Virus record (IMG/VR): IMGVR_UViG_3300033997_000136
Location: 62,001-126,000 of that record
DNA length: 64,000 nt
Strand: one strand, 5' to 3'
Shown: piece after piece, positions 1-9,594 of the stretch
How the letters are laid out: each line of letters opens with the position of its first letter
Numbering within the stretch: the stretch's first letter is position 1
Program-made: the position numbers and the translations under genes
The notes under the pieces: model-generated
Databases searched by the model: none
Told to the model about the DNA's origin: nothing
What the model saw: only the letters and a program-made list of their open reading frames with translations

Positions 1-1437
1 AACCTGTTCATAAAACGCAGCAATGGATAAATACAATCCTGTTTGAGGTGTATTGTCACGAAGCATATTGAGTTCCGCATCCGTCACATACCCAGGTATA
101 CAGACTGCTTTTAATTGAGCTAACGTGGGTATTTGTGGATTCAACACAAAGTTGACTTTAAAACGAGGAATACGTTCTATGTTCAACCCGTTACGTCGCG
201 CCACAATAAACCAAGCCGTTACCCATGCTTCTCGTGCAGACAAGTTAATCCGTTGACCAGTGATAGGGTGTGTGACGTTAACAAACGCGTTTAAGCGATT
301 TGTAGCTGCGTAATACTGCCAGTGTTCTAACAACAAATCCTCAAACGAATGAGGTACACTATCTGTTGCATCAAGAAGCGCTGATTCATACACCTTTGTA
401 TCTAACCGGTTAATCTGCGAATACGCAAATGCTGTTTCAGCTTCAACGATAGCTGTATCCACAACCCGTGGATTGTGGCGTGCCATGGAGTTCTCTAAAC
501 GCATCACGTAATCTACTGACTTCTCTGGATTACTACCATCACCAGGGTGGTCGTTGACCGGTTCTCTAAACACCTCTATCATTGGGATAAGTTCATCCGG
601 CATGTTGTCTAAACGATGCTTAATGACATACCGAGCCAATGGTAAGTTTCTGTCATTGATAATGTTTTGCAAGAGCAATTCAAAGGTGCTTTGTTTACCG
701 ATGTGTTGCATGATGTATCGTAAATTACGATACAAGAACAGTTGTTGTTTTAAAGTTAAAAACGACATGTATTTATCAAGTCGACCATTGGAGGCTAAGT
801 ATTCACGAATGTGAAACGAGTGCACCATTGGTGTACCACAGTTCTCCACACGTAAGTTTAGAATCTCAGCTAAAATGGCACCATACAAGATACCTTGCGC
901 AACTGCAGGGTAATAGTCGTCTGTGATTTCATATCCTGTTACATTCCAACGCGTTGATACGTTGTAAATGTGTTGTTGCAACCGAGGAATTAAATTCTCT
1001 TCTTGTGGTTCAACTAATGTTCTATCGTAATAAAGAATAGTACCATCAGGTGCATCAATGGCATATTGTCTATCAATAGGGTTTAATATCCCTTGAATCA
1101 AATCTTCTTGCAATGGAAATTTTTTGACTAAATCTCTGTAATAAAAACTACCATACGCGTAGGCGCGTGCTGTCGCTTTATGTATCTGTAAATTCTCTTT
1201 AGTGAACTGAATAGTTTCTAAAGTATCTAATGAGACTACTTCCATCATGCTGTCAGTGATATGGTAGTCACCTGCTAAATTCGCATAATACTTATATTGA
1301 CGAACGTCTTCTTCAGAATAGCCGTGTGAGATTAACATGTACTGATTAACACGTTCAGCAGTGATTGTTGATTTTACTATCATGGTAAATGCAAGTTGTA
1401 GACATTTAGCACGGTATACGTTAAAAAAGCTTGACAT
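1..1437 (-). CDS. Virion structural protein, phiKZ gp128-like (3' end runs off the window; absent from the ORF track)
   Basis: Manual translation from ATG 1437 (GGAG upstream): MSSFFNVYRAKCLQLAFTMIVKS...YKYYANLAGDYHITD..MEVVSLDTLETIQFTKENL..HKAT. Divergent from the portal, as I recall for phiKZ-like phages. Confidence 0.8.
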   Translation of the reverse strand, partial: MSSFFNVYRAKCLQLAFTMIVKSTITAERVNQYMLISHGYSEEDVRQYKYYANLAGDYHITDSMMEVVSLDTLETIQFTKENLQIHKATARAYAYGSFYYRDLVKKFPLQEDLIQGILNPIDRQYAIDAPDGTILYYDRTLVEPQEENLIPRLQQHIYNVSTRWNVTGYEITDDYYPAVAQGILYGAILAEILNLRVENCGTPMVHSFHIREYLASNGRLDKYMSFLTLKQQLFLYRNLRYIMQHIGKQSTFELLLQNIINDRNLPLARYVIKHRLDNMPDELIPMIEVFREPVNDHPGDGSNPEKSVDYVMRLENSMARHNPRVVDTAIVEAETAFAYSQINRLDTKVYESALLDATDSVPHSFEDLLLEHWQYYAATNRLNAFVNVTHPITGQRINLSAREAWVTAWFIVARRNGLNIERIPRFKVNFVLNPQIPTLAQLKAVCIPGYVTDAELNMLRDNTPQTGLYLSIAAFYEQV

Positions 1438-1559
1438 GAGGGAACTCCGTTCAAGTCGTCATTCAATGGCTATATTATCCCCGATTAATGTTTATAGTAA
1501 TCACCAATAATCTGAGCCTATCTTATTTTTTAACCACATCGATGTGAGTAGGGATTTTT

Positions 1560-4292
1560 ATGACTAAAAGAGCCGATATTCGGACAGCTGATCACCGTCG
1601 ACGTGTTCAAGCATCGATTATTCGTAAGCTAGTGGCAGACCCACAGCTAAACCCGTCGTATGACAGCGAAGGGAACCGTAGACTTGGCCAACCACCGACA
1701 ACGTTAGCTAACACTATTTCAACGACAACAGCGCAGATATTGGATGATGTAGAATCGTTACGTCAGCTATTGCCTGACGTTGAAGTTGTAGACCAAATTT
1801 TGATTAGCAGTATCTTATCACCCAAAGATTTGTCTACACCTCATTTGACGTACTCTGCTGAGATTGAATCAGAATCCACAGAGTTATTGGGGTTAATGTT
1901 AAATTACGTGGAAGACTTTTTCACTAAAACATATCAGATTAACAAGAAGCTTCCTACGATGCTTCGTGATATGTTGTTTAAAACAGGTAGTCACATTAGT
2001 TTGATTATCCCTGAGTCGACGATTGACCGTTTAATCAACGGTGGTTCATTTACATTAGAGTCAGCTCAAAATATTGTGAATGAACATTTCGTTTTAAACA
2101 CAAGTCGAGTCCAGAACATCGGATTGATTAGTGACCCTGAAGAGATTGCAAAACGTACTAATAAAGAAGTAGGAGCATTAACACTCCAAAGTTTTATGAG
2201 TACAAGCACCTCTGACCTTACACAAGAAATTACGTTGTGTAGATATGTCAATGTCATTGATAACCCTGAAGCGGTAAAAGTACCTAGTTTGTTTGACCAG
2301 GTTCGTAAAGAAAAAGCCAATCGCCAACTTTCGAGTCAGTACAGCATTTTAGGTAAAACACCTACGGCAACGTTACAAGCTGAGAAAGACCAACCAAAAG
2401 TCAAGAAGTTAAAGATAGAAAAGTTAGGTGCAAACGATGCTGAAATCGAACGTACATTAGCTGACCATCGTGACCGTAAAACTGAACAGATGGTTGAGTT
2501 AGGTGTGGACGATTCTGCACCCAACGTAGGGTACGCTGTTGAAATCAACGTCGGCGCTGATGCAGTTGTTCCTATCTGTGGCAACACTCCTGACCAACAT
2601 TTAGCGTATTTGTTTATTCTTGACCAACAAGGTCAGTTTATCAATACACGCGTTGCACAAGACCACTACCGTGACTTGCAACAAAACTACAGCCGTCGTT
2701 CTGATGAAATGAATAGCTCTGTAAGTTCTATTTTACAAGAGCTTCGTGGTTCCAGCACATCAGGAGGTACATCAGGGTTTAGTAGCTTTGAAGAAGCCAC
2801 TCGGGTATTCTCAGAGGCTATGGAGCGTCGTTTATTTAACATCGCTCGTACTGGTGCAGGTACTGAAGATATTAGTATCGGTGATATTAATAACATCAGT
2901 CAAGTCATGTTGGCTCGTATCCTTCAACAGAAGCAAACGCAGATTCTTTATGTTCCTGCACAACTTGTTTCATACATGGCGTTCTTTTACAACAACTACG
3001 GCGTAGGTCGTTCGTTGATGGAGAACACACGGGTACTTGCCAGTATGCGTGTACTGGTTATGGTAACCAACTTACTGACTGCAATTCGTAACAGCACCAC
3101 AGATACAGAGTTAGACATTCAGTTAGACCCAACAGATAGTGACCCAGAAGGAAGCGTTGATGCTGTAGTTAATACCGCACTTCGGATGCGTTCTGCTGCA
3201 ATTCCTCTTGGTCAAGGTAATATCGGTAGCATGATGGATTTTATCAATCGTGCAGGTATTACCGCTGTTGTATCAGGACACCCTGATTTGCCGGAAATGA
3301 AAGTAACGAAGAATGAGAAATCTCGTTCTATGGTTCGTCCTGATACTGAGTTGATGGAAGAACTACGTCGCTTACACTTACAAGGGTTTGGTTTAACACC
3401 TGAAGTCGCTGATGCGTCTAAAGACATCAACTTAGCAACAAGCGTGATTCAATCGAGTTTGTTACTAACCAAACGCACATTGGTTATGCAGTCTGAATTT
3501 GAACCTCAAGTCAGTGACAGATTGCGTAAGTTTGCAACGATGTCCGAACCTATTGTTTCTAAGTTGCGTGAAATCATTCAAACCAATGGTTCATCAAAAG
3601 ACAAAACTAACATCGATTTATTGGTTGCGAAGTTCTTGGAAACGTTAGAAGTAACGTTACCTAAACCTGAACTGGTGAGCTTCCAAGCGTTGATGTCAGA
3701 ATTTGATGAACGTATCACGGGCTGGGAAAAAGCTTTAGAATCGTACTTTGCTGATGAAGTGGGTCAAACTACTTCAAATCCGTTTGTGAATGAAAACATG
3801 GAGATGTTAAAACAATCCGTGCTTAACCATTTAAAACGGACATGGTTACGTAGCAACAACGTGTTCCCTGAATTGGATGCATTGATTGAGAAAGACTTAG
3901 ATGGGAAGACCACATTTAAGTTAGGTGATATTCAATCAGAGCACACGAAAACCATTGACGATATCTGTAAATCGTTTGTGGCATACTACGAAAAACAGGC
4001 AAAGAAACGTGAAAAAGCACAAGCAGCCGAAGGTGATGAATTTGGTGGTGACGCAGGAGGTGGATTTGGTGGTGAAGAACCTGTAGATGCAGGTACAACC
4101 GAAACACCAACAGATGAAACTGCGGGTACTGTGGATGAAACTTCAGATGAAAATGTTCAAACAGAGAACCCTGTTGAAACATCTGGAGATGGTGCTACAG
4201 ATGCAGAACCTACTGAGAGTAAAGATGAACCGAAAGAGGGTGCATCCGATACTCCACCTGAGCAACCTGATGATACTGACTTAGGAATGTAA
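1560..4292 (+). CDS. Portal protein, phiKZ gp129-like, with long acidic low-complexity C-terminal tail
   Basis: 910 aa. Motifs LLPDVE..QILISSILSPKD, YVPAQLVSYMAFFYNNYGVGRSL and GLTPEVAD match my recollection of phiKZ-like portals; head-to-head with the gp128-like gene. Confidence 0.8.
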   Translation: MTKRADIRTADHRRRVQASIIRKLVADPQLNPSYDSEGNRRLGQPPTTLANTISTTTAQILDDVESLRQLLPDVEVVDQILISSILSPKDLSTPHLTYSAEIESESTELLGLMLNYVEDFFTKTYQINKKLPTMLRDMLFKTGSHISLIIPESTIDRLINGGSFTLESAQNIVNEHFVLNTSRVQNIGLISDPEEIAKRTNKEVGALTLQSFMSTSTSDLTQEITLCRYVNVIDNPEAVKVPSLFDQVRKEKANRQLSSQYSILGKTPTATLQAEKDQPKVKKLKIEKLGANDAEIERTLADHRDRKTEQMVELGVDDSAPNVGYAVEINVGADAVVPICGNTPDQHLAYLFILDQQGQFINTRVAQDHYRDLQQNYSRRSDEMNSSVSSILQELRGSSTSGGTSGFSSFEEATRVFSEAMERRLFNIARTGAGTEDISIGDINNISQVMLARILQQKQTQILYVPAQLVSYMAFFYNNYGVGRSLMENTRVLASMRVLVMVTNLLTAIRNSTTDTELDIQLDPTDSDPEGSVDAVVNTALRMRSAAIPLGQGNIGSMMDFINRAGITAVVSGHPDLPEMKVTKNEKSRSMVRPDTELMEELRRLHLQGFGLTPEVADASKDINLATSVIQSSLLLTKRTLVMQSEFEPQVSDRLRKFATMSEPIVSKLREIIQTNGSSKDKTNIDLLVAKFLETLEVTLPKPELVSFQALMSEFDERITGWEKALESYFADEVGQTTSNPFVNENMEMLKQSVLNHLKRTWLRSNNVFPELDALIEKDLDGKTTFKLGDIQSEHTKTIDDICKSFVAYYEKQAKKREKAQAAEGDEFGGDAGGGFGGEEPVDAGTTETPTDETAGTVDETSDENVQTENPVETSGDGATDAEPTESKDEPKEGASDTPPEQPDDTDLGM

Positions 4293-4296
4293 CGTG

Positions 4297-4318
4297 AAGC
4301 GGGTGGTCTCACCCGCTT
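4297..4318 (+). terminator. Hairpin terminator after portal
   Basis: AAGCGGGTG-GTCT-CACCCGCTT. Confidence 0.65.
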
Positions 4319-4323
4319 GTTAT

Positions 4324-4332
4324 CCTATGTAA
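4324..4332 (+). promoter_or_regulatory. Putative late promoter (TATG)
   Basis: CCTATGTAA lies between a terminator and a structural gene. phiKZ non-virion RNAP late promoters carry TATG at the start site. Similar sites at 7219, 11232 and 26973, and on the minus strand at 59441 and 62912. Confidence 0.45.
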
Positions 4333-4366
4333 CTCCTTCTTTATTTTCTTTTATGAGAACAGAACA

Positions 4367-5215
4367 ATGGAAAATGTAACTCCAACCGTGTATGCTGCAG
4401 CAATACAAACGTACAATCAATTGGGGTTAGTGCCTAAGTTTGATCCAGGCGCGACCTTTAATGACTATTTAGGTGTATTCGGTGGCGAAACATTAACTGC
4501 TACAGACCGTTATACCACTGGTTACATGAGCATCGGTATCGGTGGTCACACCAACGAAACTGGTCCTGATGGTTTCCCATTAGGTGGAAGCAACATTCAC
4601 CAACCGGGTGATGTTCGTGCGTTTAAACCATTTCCGTTTATTATGCGGTTAATTACCGATGGATTAAATACCGAAGAACGGAAAAAGTACCGTGGTCGTC
4701 GTATTGAATCACATCAAGGTCGTCAGTATGAGTGCTGGTACATTCGCGTTATTGACAAAACACCTTTACAGGTAAACAAGTGGCGTCAAATTAACAACAA
4801 CGGTCAGATTAGTACGGTGTTGTTTACACCGAATGATGAGAACATTAATCCGACTCCTGTGACACCTACTACATCAACAGGTAGCACGATTCAAGCGACA
4901 GGTGATTTCCTTTACACAAGTTGCGTGTACAACTTTGTACTGGATGAAAACGATGCGGCTGAACTTCGTAACTGCGCTGAGATTATTTACAATAACGAGC
5001 GTTATGCTGTTATTAGTGAAGTGGTTATTCAAGCAGGTACAGACCGTTTAAAAACAGGTCCAGGTCCAGGTCAAACAACAATCAACTACACAGAAGCTGT
5101 TTGTGTTCAACCCATGGCGTTCCTTGTGACTGAATCATCTATGGTAGTCAATAACAAAGGCTACACATGGACGATTGACTTAGGTGCAACTGAACCTCTG
5201 GCATCAGCAACCTAA
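4367..5215 (+). CDS. Conserved phiKZ-like virion structural protein (possibly gp139-like)
   Basis: Motifs YMSIGIGGH, PFPFIMR, ELRNCAEIIY and YAVISEVVIQAGTD, ending DLGATEPL; located between portal and RuvC. Confidence 0.65.
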   Translation: MENVTPTVYAAAIQTYNQLGLVPKFDPGATFNDYLGVFGGETLTATDRYTTGYMSIGIGGHTNETGPDGFPLGGSNIHQPGDVRAFKPFPFIMRLITDGLNTEERKKYRGRRIESHQGRQYECWYIRVIDKTPLQVNKWRQINNNGQISTVLFTPNDENINPTPVTPTTSTGSTIQATGDFLYTSCVYNFVLDENDAAELRNCAEIIYNNERYAVISEVVIQAGTDRLKTGPGPGQTTINYTEAVCVQPMAFLVTESSMVVNNKGYTWTIDLGATEPLASAT

Positions 5216-5241
5216 TCCTTTGTAAATTAACTTAAGGATAT

Positions 5242-5267
5242 CGAGAGAGTGGTCACCCACTCTCTCG
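5242..5267 (+). terminator. Hairpin terminator
   Basis: CGAGAGAGTGG-TCAC-CCACTCTCTCG followed by TTTT. Confidence 0.75.
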
Positions 5268-5277
5268 TTTTATATTT

Positions 5278-5520
5278 ATGATTAATTTTGATGAAATCTT
5301 ACAGTCTCTTCATCCGTATATTCCCGTGGATTCTACTGAGGCTATTTCTCGTGTGAAGTCAATAAACGGAAGCACATTCATGATTCTTTATAAAGCTCCA
5401 CTTGCGATTGCACATAAGTGTGTGATAGTAACGTTGGAGTTTGCATTCGTAGATAATGTGTTTACCGTGGTGAATAAACAGATTCAATCGTGGTCACGCA
5501 TTCCTTATCAATTAATTTAA
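5278..5520 (+). CDS. Hypothetical protein
   Basis: 80-aa ORF filling the gap in the structural block. Confidence 0.6.
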   Translation: MINFDEILQSLHPYIPVDSTEAISRVKSINGSTFMILYKAPLAIAHKCVIVTLEFAFVDNVFTVVNKQIQSWSRIPYQLI

Positions 5521-5535
5521 TGTTCGGAGTACGTT

Positions 5536-6591
5536 ATGTTAGAAATGGCCCCAGTTATTGAAGCGCAAACATTAAAATATCAACAAATTACAGGTTATGG
5601 TTTGACATCAACTAGTGTTATGCACACTCATCCAGATATAGATTATTTTATAATCTATACACCAGGAACAGATCAAACCAGTCTCCAATTTTACACTACA
5701 GTTGACGGCAGCCCGATTTTCTTTGCGTTTGCTCAAGCAGATTATGCGGAGTTATCGACTATGCAAGTGCGGTGTATGGAGTATATTTCAACGTATGACG
5801 TTTGGGTGGTCTTAGGTAGAAACGGTGACGCCGCAATGCTTCGCATTTCAGATTTAGATTCGTTTCCAACTGTAGAAGTATTATGGCGTGGAACAATTGT
5901 TGGATTTGAAGCAGTATTACCTAGAAATATGATACACGGTGGATTTGGTTCCGATTTAATCTTTGTAACCAACGGTTCAAGTATTTATAGATTAATAATA
6001 ACTCCAACCAAACCAGGTTCACAATCACTAGATTTAACGTACGACAGCGTAATTGCAATTACAGGTAGTCGCGCAATAACTCATTTTCATCGTCTTGATG
6101 GTCAAGATATCATTTTAGCATATGGAACCGATACAAGTACCACAAATAAAGTAGTCATTATAAATGGTTACAGCGTTGTTGTGTCTGGTGGTATAAACCC
6201 AACCTCTAGTTTATTTATAGGTGCGTGGTATGATCCAAACTGGGACCGTATTTGTGTAATGCTTTCGAGTGGCGGATGGGCTTGTTTTTCAAGAACAACA
6301 GGTGCTATTCAATCTCTTGGTGGTGGTACGATTAGTATTAGTGTAAGTAGTCCAACCGCGTGTTTTTACGTAAAGAAAAGTAAAAAGTTATTTATTGCAA
6401 GCACAGGTGCAACGCGGTTAATTTATCAGTGTTCACTCGCATCACCCGCAGCATCAAGTGGTACACCCACACTAACTCTTGAACAGAGCTATGCAACAAC
6501 TGCAACTAATTTAGGTCTAGCTCCAGCTATATTCCTTGCTAGATTAAAACAATTAGTGTTTAGTGGTGGTCATTTATTAAAGTTTAAATAA
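5536..6591 (+). CDS. MLE-family beta-rich (beta-propeller-like) putative virion/tail accessory protein
   Basis: Starts MLE; GGAG RBS; repeated short beta-strand pattern, S/T/G-rich. Confidence 0.55.
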   Translation: MLEMAPVIEAQTLKYQQITGYGLTSTSVMHTHPDIDYFIIYTPGTDQTSLQFYTTVDGSPIFFAFAQADYAELSTMQVRCMEYISTYDVWVVLGRNGDAAMLRISDLDSFPTVEVLWRGTIVGFEAVLPRNMIHGGFGSDLIFVTNGSSIYRLIITPTKPGSQSLDLTYDSVIAITGSRAITHFHRLDGQDIILAYGTDTSTTNKVVIINGYSVVVSGGINPTSSLFIGAWYDPNWDRICVMLSSGGWACFSRTTGAIQSLGGGTISISVSSPTACFYVKKSKKLFIASTGATRLIYQCSLASPAASSGTPTLTLEQSYATTATNLGLAPAIFLARLKQLVFSGGHLLKFK

Positions 6592-6600
6592 GGTAACACT

Positions 6601-7182
6601 ATGCTGTATCATCCTTCACAACAACCGTATTGGCATCGGTTCGCTGGGTTTGACCCTGGTAGTCACAATTTAGGTGCAGCTATTGTTGATATTAACTTTG
6701 TTACATCTGAGGTGTACGTAGCCGATACACGCACCTTTGTCTCTGAGAAGTTTATTCAGATTCATCAGCGACATGATTTAACAATTTATGGTGATAGACA
6801 AGGACGTTTACTGAGTATCGAAGAGTTTGTGTATCGTTACTTATGCGACCATCAACCTGATGTGATTGCAAGTGAAGGTCCGTTTTTACAAATGAGTGTT
6901 GATGCTTATGCAACCCTTATTGAGTGTGTTGCAAGTATTCGAAACGCCACGCGTAACTATACACTTGAAATACCGCTTCTTACGTATCAACCACGTAATG
7001 TAAAATCAGCAGTCAATGCAAAAGGAACTGAGAAATCAGATATGTATGATGCAGTGTTAGTCTATCCAAAGATTAGTTTTGCGCCACACATTCGTTACGA
7101 GAACTTAACTGAACACTCCATTGATGCGATTGCAGTTGCTATTACTGCTGCACTTGATTGGGGGTTTAAACCACAACCGTAG
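6601..7182 (+). CDS. ruvC: Holliday junction resolvase RuvC-like
   Basis: GFDPGSHNLG, IASEGPF, VKSAV...KSDM and EHSIDAIAVA, i.e. the RuvC acidic catalytic pattern. Confidence 0.88.
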   Translation: MLYHPSQQPYWHRFAGFDPGSHNLGAAIVDINFVTSEVYVADTRTFVSEKFIQIHQRHDLTIYGDRQGRLLSIEEFVYRYLCDHQPDVIASEGPFLQMSVDAYATLIECVASIRNATRNYTLEIPLLTYQPRNVKSAVNAKGTEKSDMYDAVLVYPKISFAPHIRYENLTEHSIDAIAVAITAALDWGFKPQP

Positions 7183-7207
7183 AAGAAGGGGTAATTCCCT
7201 TCTTCTA
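7180..7207 (+). terminator. Hairpin terminator
   Basis: TAGAAGAAGGG-GTAATT-CCCTTCTTCTA plus T-rich tail. Confidence 0.7.
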
Positions 7208-7229
7208 TTTCCTTTTTCTTATGTAAGAA

Positions 7230-7700
7230 GTGAGTATCATTATGCCAACATTTTTACTATCATTGAAAAAAAACGCATTAAAAATTATTGCAGGGATTGC
7301 AGTAATCCTTTTACTTGGATGGTACATTCAATCGTTAAACCGAGATATTGCTACACTTCAAAGTGAAGTAACCTCAACAAAAGAAAAAGTCATTGATAGC
7401 AATGCCGTCGTGGAGTTTGAACAAAGCAAAGCGGCTATCACTGATACTGTAACAACCGCGACTGTGGAAGAGAAAGAAAAACTTACCACAGAAACTAAAA
7501 CCATCATTGTTGAAGTGGAGAAGACCGTTGAACGCATCATTCAATCTGCACCTGAAAAGAACCACGTGCCTGCTGTTACTCACACTGTTGTTAATGGGAT
7601 GTGGAACCAATACTGTTTACTTGCAAAAGACGACCCTGGCTGTACCGCCGAATCATCTCCTAAAGCCAGTGAAGGCAGTACCACCCCCACCTCGCGGTGA
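7230..7700 (+). CDS. Inner-membrane spanin (Rz-like); start may be ATG 7242
   Basis: N-terminal TM (IIAGIAVILLLGWYI), coiled-coil periplasmic part, C-terminal cysteines; overlapped by a lipoprotein gene. Confidence 0.75.
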   Translation: MSIIMPTFLLSLKKNALKIIAGIAVILLLGWYIQSLNRDIATLQSEVTSTKEKVIDSNAVVEFEQSKAAITDTVTTATVEEKEKLTTETKTIIVEVEKTVERIIQSAPEKNHVPAVTHTVVNGMWNQYCLLAKDDPGCTAESSPKASEGSTTPTSR

Positions 7701-7884
7701 ACTTGACAACCAACGTGCTGAAAAGATTATTGAAGCACTTGGTAAGTTGTACAACGCTCAAACGGCTGTAGTGGGTCAATGTAACATTCAGCTCAACGGC
7801 ATGGACGTATGGATACGTGAGGCCAAAAAAGAATTGGAACGGATTGATAAGAAAACCAATGAGCAAAAGTTGGACAACTTATGA
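7528..7884 (+). CDS. Outer-membrane lipoprotein spanin (Rz1-like)
   Basis: Lipobox LLLMG-C, proline-rich segment (VPP..PPPPR), overlaps the i-spanin in another frame; TTG 7528 has a GGAG RBS. Confidence 0.78.
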   Translation: MNASFNLHLKRTTCLLLLTLLLMGCGTNTVYLQKTTLAVPPNHLLKPVKAVPPPPRGELDNQRAEKIIEALGKLYNAQTAVVGQCNIQLNGMDVWIREAKKELERIDKKTNEQKLDNL

Positions 7885-8321
7885 TAGTTCTTGATTTATT
7901 AGACGAAGACTCCGCAGTCCCACTTGTTGAAGTCCCATGGGGTGTACCACTCATCCACTATGTGAACAAATGCGTAGGTGAATCGCTCTTAGGTTTATCT
8001 ACACGGATATGTGATGTTCGTCCTCTTCTTGAAACAAAAGATAGCCAATTGCAATTTGAAGTGCTTACACGTGAAATTGTAAAAGGTGATTTTTACACTG
8101 GTGAAATCTGGGCAAAGCTTCAGACAGAAACAAGTGAGGTTCAGAAGAAATCTACTGAAGTGACGTATCCACTTTTTACACCTAAGGCTATTATCTTGTT
8201 TGCATTGTTGTTTTTAGTTGTACTTAAGATGTCGTACGAGTACGCATTGACTGGACAATTGAATCTGGAGATACTAAGTAAGGTTATAGACGCACTCTTA
8301 TCGTTAGTTGGTTTAGGGTGA
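7881..8321 (+). CDS. Membrane protein next to the spanins (possible lysis accessory)
   Basis: C-terminal hydrophobic helix IILFALLFLVVL; translationally coupled to the o-spanin. Confidence 0.45.
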   Translation: MIVLDLLDEDSAVPLVEVPWGVPLIHYVNKCVGESLLGLSTRICDVRPLLETKDSQLQFEVLTREIVKGDFYTGEIWAKLQTETSEVQKKSTEVTYPLFTPKAIILFALLFLVVLKMSYEYALTGQLNLEILSKVIDALLSLVGLG

Positions 8322-8335
8322 TTCTATAATCTTAC

Positions 8336-8355
8336 AGATATACATTATCTCTATG
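8336..8355 (+). promoter_or_regulatory. Phage early promoter motif, copy 1
   Basis: AGATA-TACATTAT-CTCTA-TG; consensus ARAYMTAYATYA-N6-TG seen 8 times; resembles the phiKZ early TATATTAC element. Confidence 0.7.
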
Positions 8356-8383
8356 AGTTGATAACATAAACAAGGAAAGCTCG

Positions 8384-8695
8384 ATGGATTACAGTAAGTT
8401 AAATAAACGGCTTGTAAAGGCTGTTTCAAAAGGCTGTTCGTTTTCTGGTATGACCACGTTAGATATGGACTCCATGCGTATTATCATTGAAGTAGATGCA
8501 TCTGTAAACAAACACGCTGCTAAGAATGTGGGCGATTACTTCACTGGTGCAACTGCAAGTGCTATAGCGTCTGCCGCAGGGTTGCGTGGTAAGCTACGTG
8601 TTGTGTCATCTCCAACGTATTTGTTTGTTTGTGTGAAAGATGAGAAGGGTAAAACCACTCATGAGTTAAAATCATCGAACGAAGTAGTCGCATAG
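8384..8695 (+). CDS. Hypothetical early protein
   Basis: AAGGA RBS; monocistronic between promoter and terminator. Confidence 0.75.
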   Translation: MDYSKLNKRLVKAVSKGCSFSGMTTLDMDSMRIIIEVDASVNKHAAKNVGDYFTGATASAIASAAGLRGKLRVVSSPTYLFVCVKDEKGKTTHELKSSNEVVA

Positions 8696-8722
8696 AGAGA
8701 GGAGCTAATGCTCCTCTCTCTA
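8693..8722 (+). terminator. GC-apex hairpin terminator
   Basis: TAGAGAGAGGAGC-TAAT-GCTCCTCTCTCTA. Confidence 0.8.
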
Positions 8723-8742
8723 GCTTTATATACCTTTTCTAA

Positions 8743-8762
8743 CAGCATACACTTAATGTATG
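8743..8762 (+). promoter_or_regulatory. Early promoter motif (divergent copy)
   Basis: CAGCA-TACACTTA-ATGTA-TG with the same spacing. Confidence 0.5.
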
Positions 8763-8787
8763 GATTATAATTAAAAAGAGAAACACT

Positions 8788-9594
8788 ATGAAAACACTGC
8801 GCATTGGTCAGGTTACGTTTACGCAAATAGACCCACATGAGCCTATTCCTGTACAAGATGGTTACATTCTTGTGCGTGAAGAGATTACAAAACAAACATA
8901 CGTGTGTCAAACAGACAACATGGCAAATTTCTATGCTCGCTCTGTATTGGATACAGAGTTTCATGACAATGTGTTCAGAGCAATGATGTCATTTGTAAAA
9001 CAACAAAAACGTAGTCGACTCACATACTGGTACAGCCCTCGGGGTTCGTTACGTATTTATCGAACGGCTGAGTTCACAGGAATGATAAACGAGTTACGAC
9101 AACGAAGACTCTTAGTGACAGAACGAGTCCATAGTGATTTACATGCACGTGGGTATTACTTATTTTGCATCACTGCACTCGACCGTGAATGGTGTTGGTA
9201 CACGATTCGTAAGATGACTCAAGGTCAATACAATCAAGAACGTTGTGATTTTATTGATTATTTTCATCAACGCTTAGTCGATGGTTACTCTATTGACGGT
9301 GACCAATTTATCATGCATCGTAATCGTAGTAGTCTAACTCCTAACCGAGTAAAGAATGAGCAACGATTATTTGAAGCAGGTCTTTTTGAAAGAAATGAGA
9401 TTATAGTCACCACAGTGGCAAAGTGTTTACCAACCATCAGTGATGTAAAAGATAAACTACTTCGTCATCACGAACAACACACCCCTCATTTTCATGTATT
9501 AGAAGACCGTATCTTTTCACCAAACAATCCATTGTTTGTGTGTGACAAACCTTTATCAAAACAATTACCGCAAAAGGAAACCCCAGTATGTTAA
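8788..9594 (+). CDS. Degenerate GIY-YIG-like protein (paralogue of 24727)
   Basis: DGYILVREEITKQTYVCQTDNMANFYAR resembles the GIY..N..TGK.YIG.T.N...R pattern. Confidence 0.45.
   Translation: MKTLRIGQVTFTQIDPHEPIPVQDGYILVREEITKQTYVCQTDNMANFYARSVLDTEFHDNVFRAMMSFVKQQKRSRLTYWYSPRGSLRIYRTAEFTGMINELRQRRLLVTERVHSDLHARGYYLFCITALDREWCWYTIRKMTQGQYNQERCDFIDYFHQRLVDGYSIDGDQFIMHRNRSSLTPNRVKNEQRLFEAGLFERNEIIVTTVAKCLPTISDVKDKLLRHHEQHTPHFHVLEDRIFSPNNPLFVCDKPLSKQLPQKETPVC

Noticed and set aside
554-4284. Short antisense or alternate-frame ORFs in the track (554, 2066, 2336, 2687, 2746, 3212, 3916, 4087 and similar ones throughout the window)
   Set aside because: They are shadows of longer genes with RBSs, have no RBS of their own and have unnatural composition.
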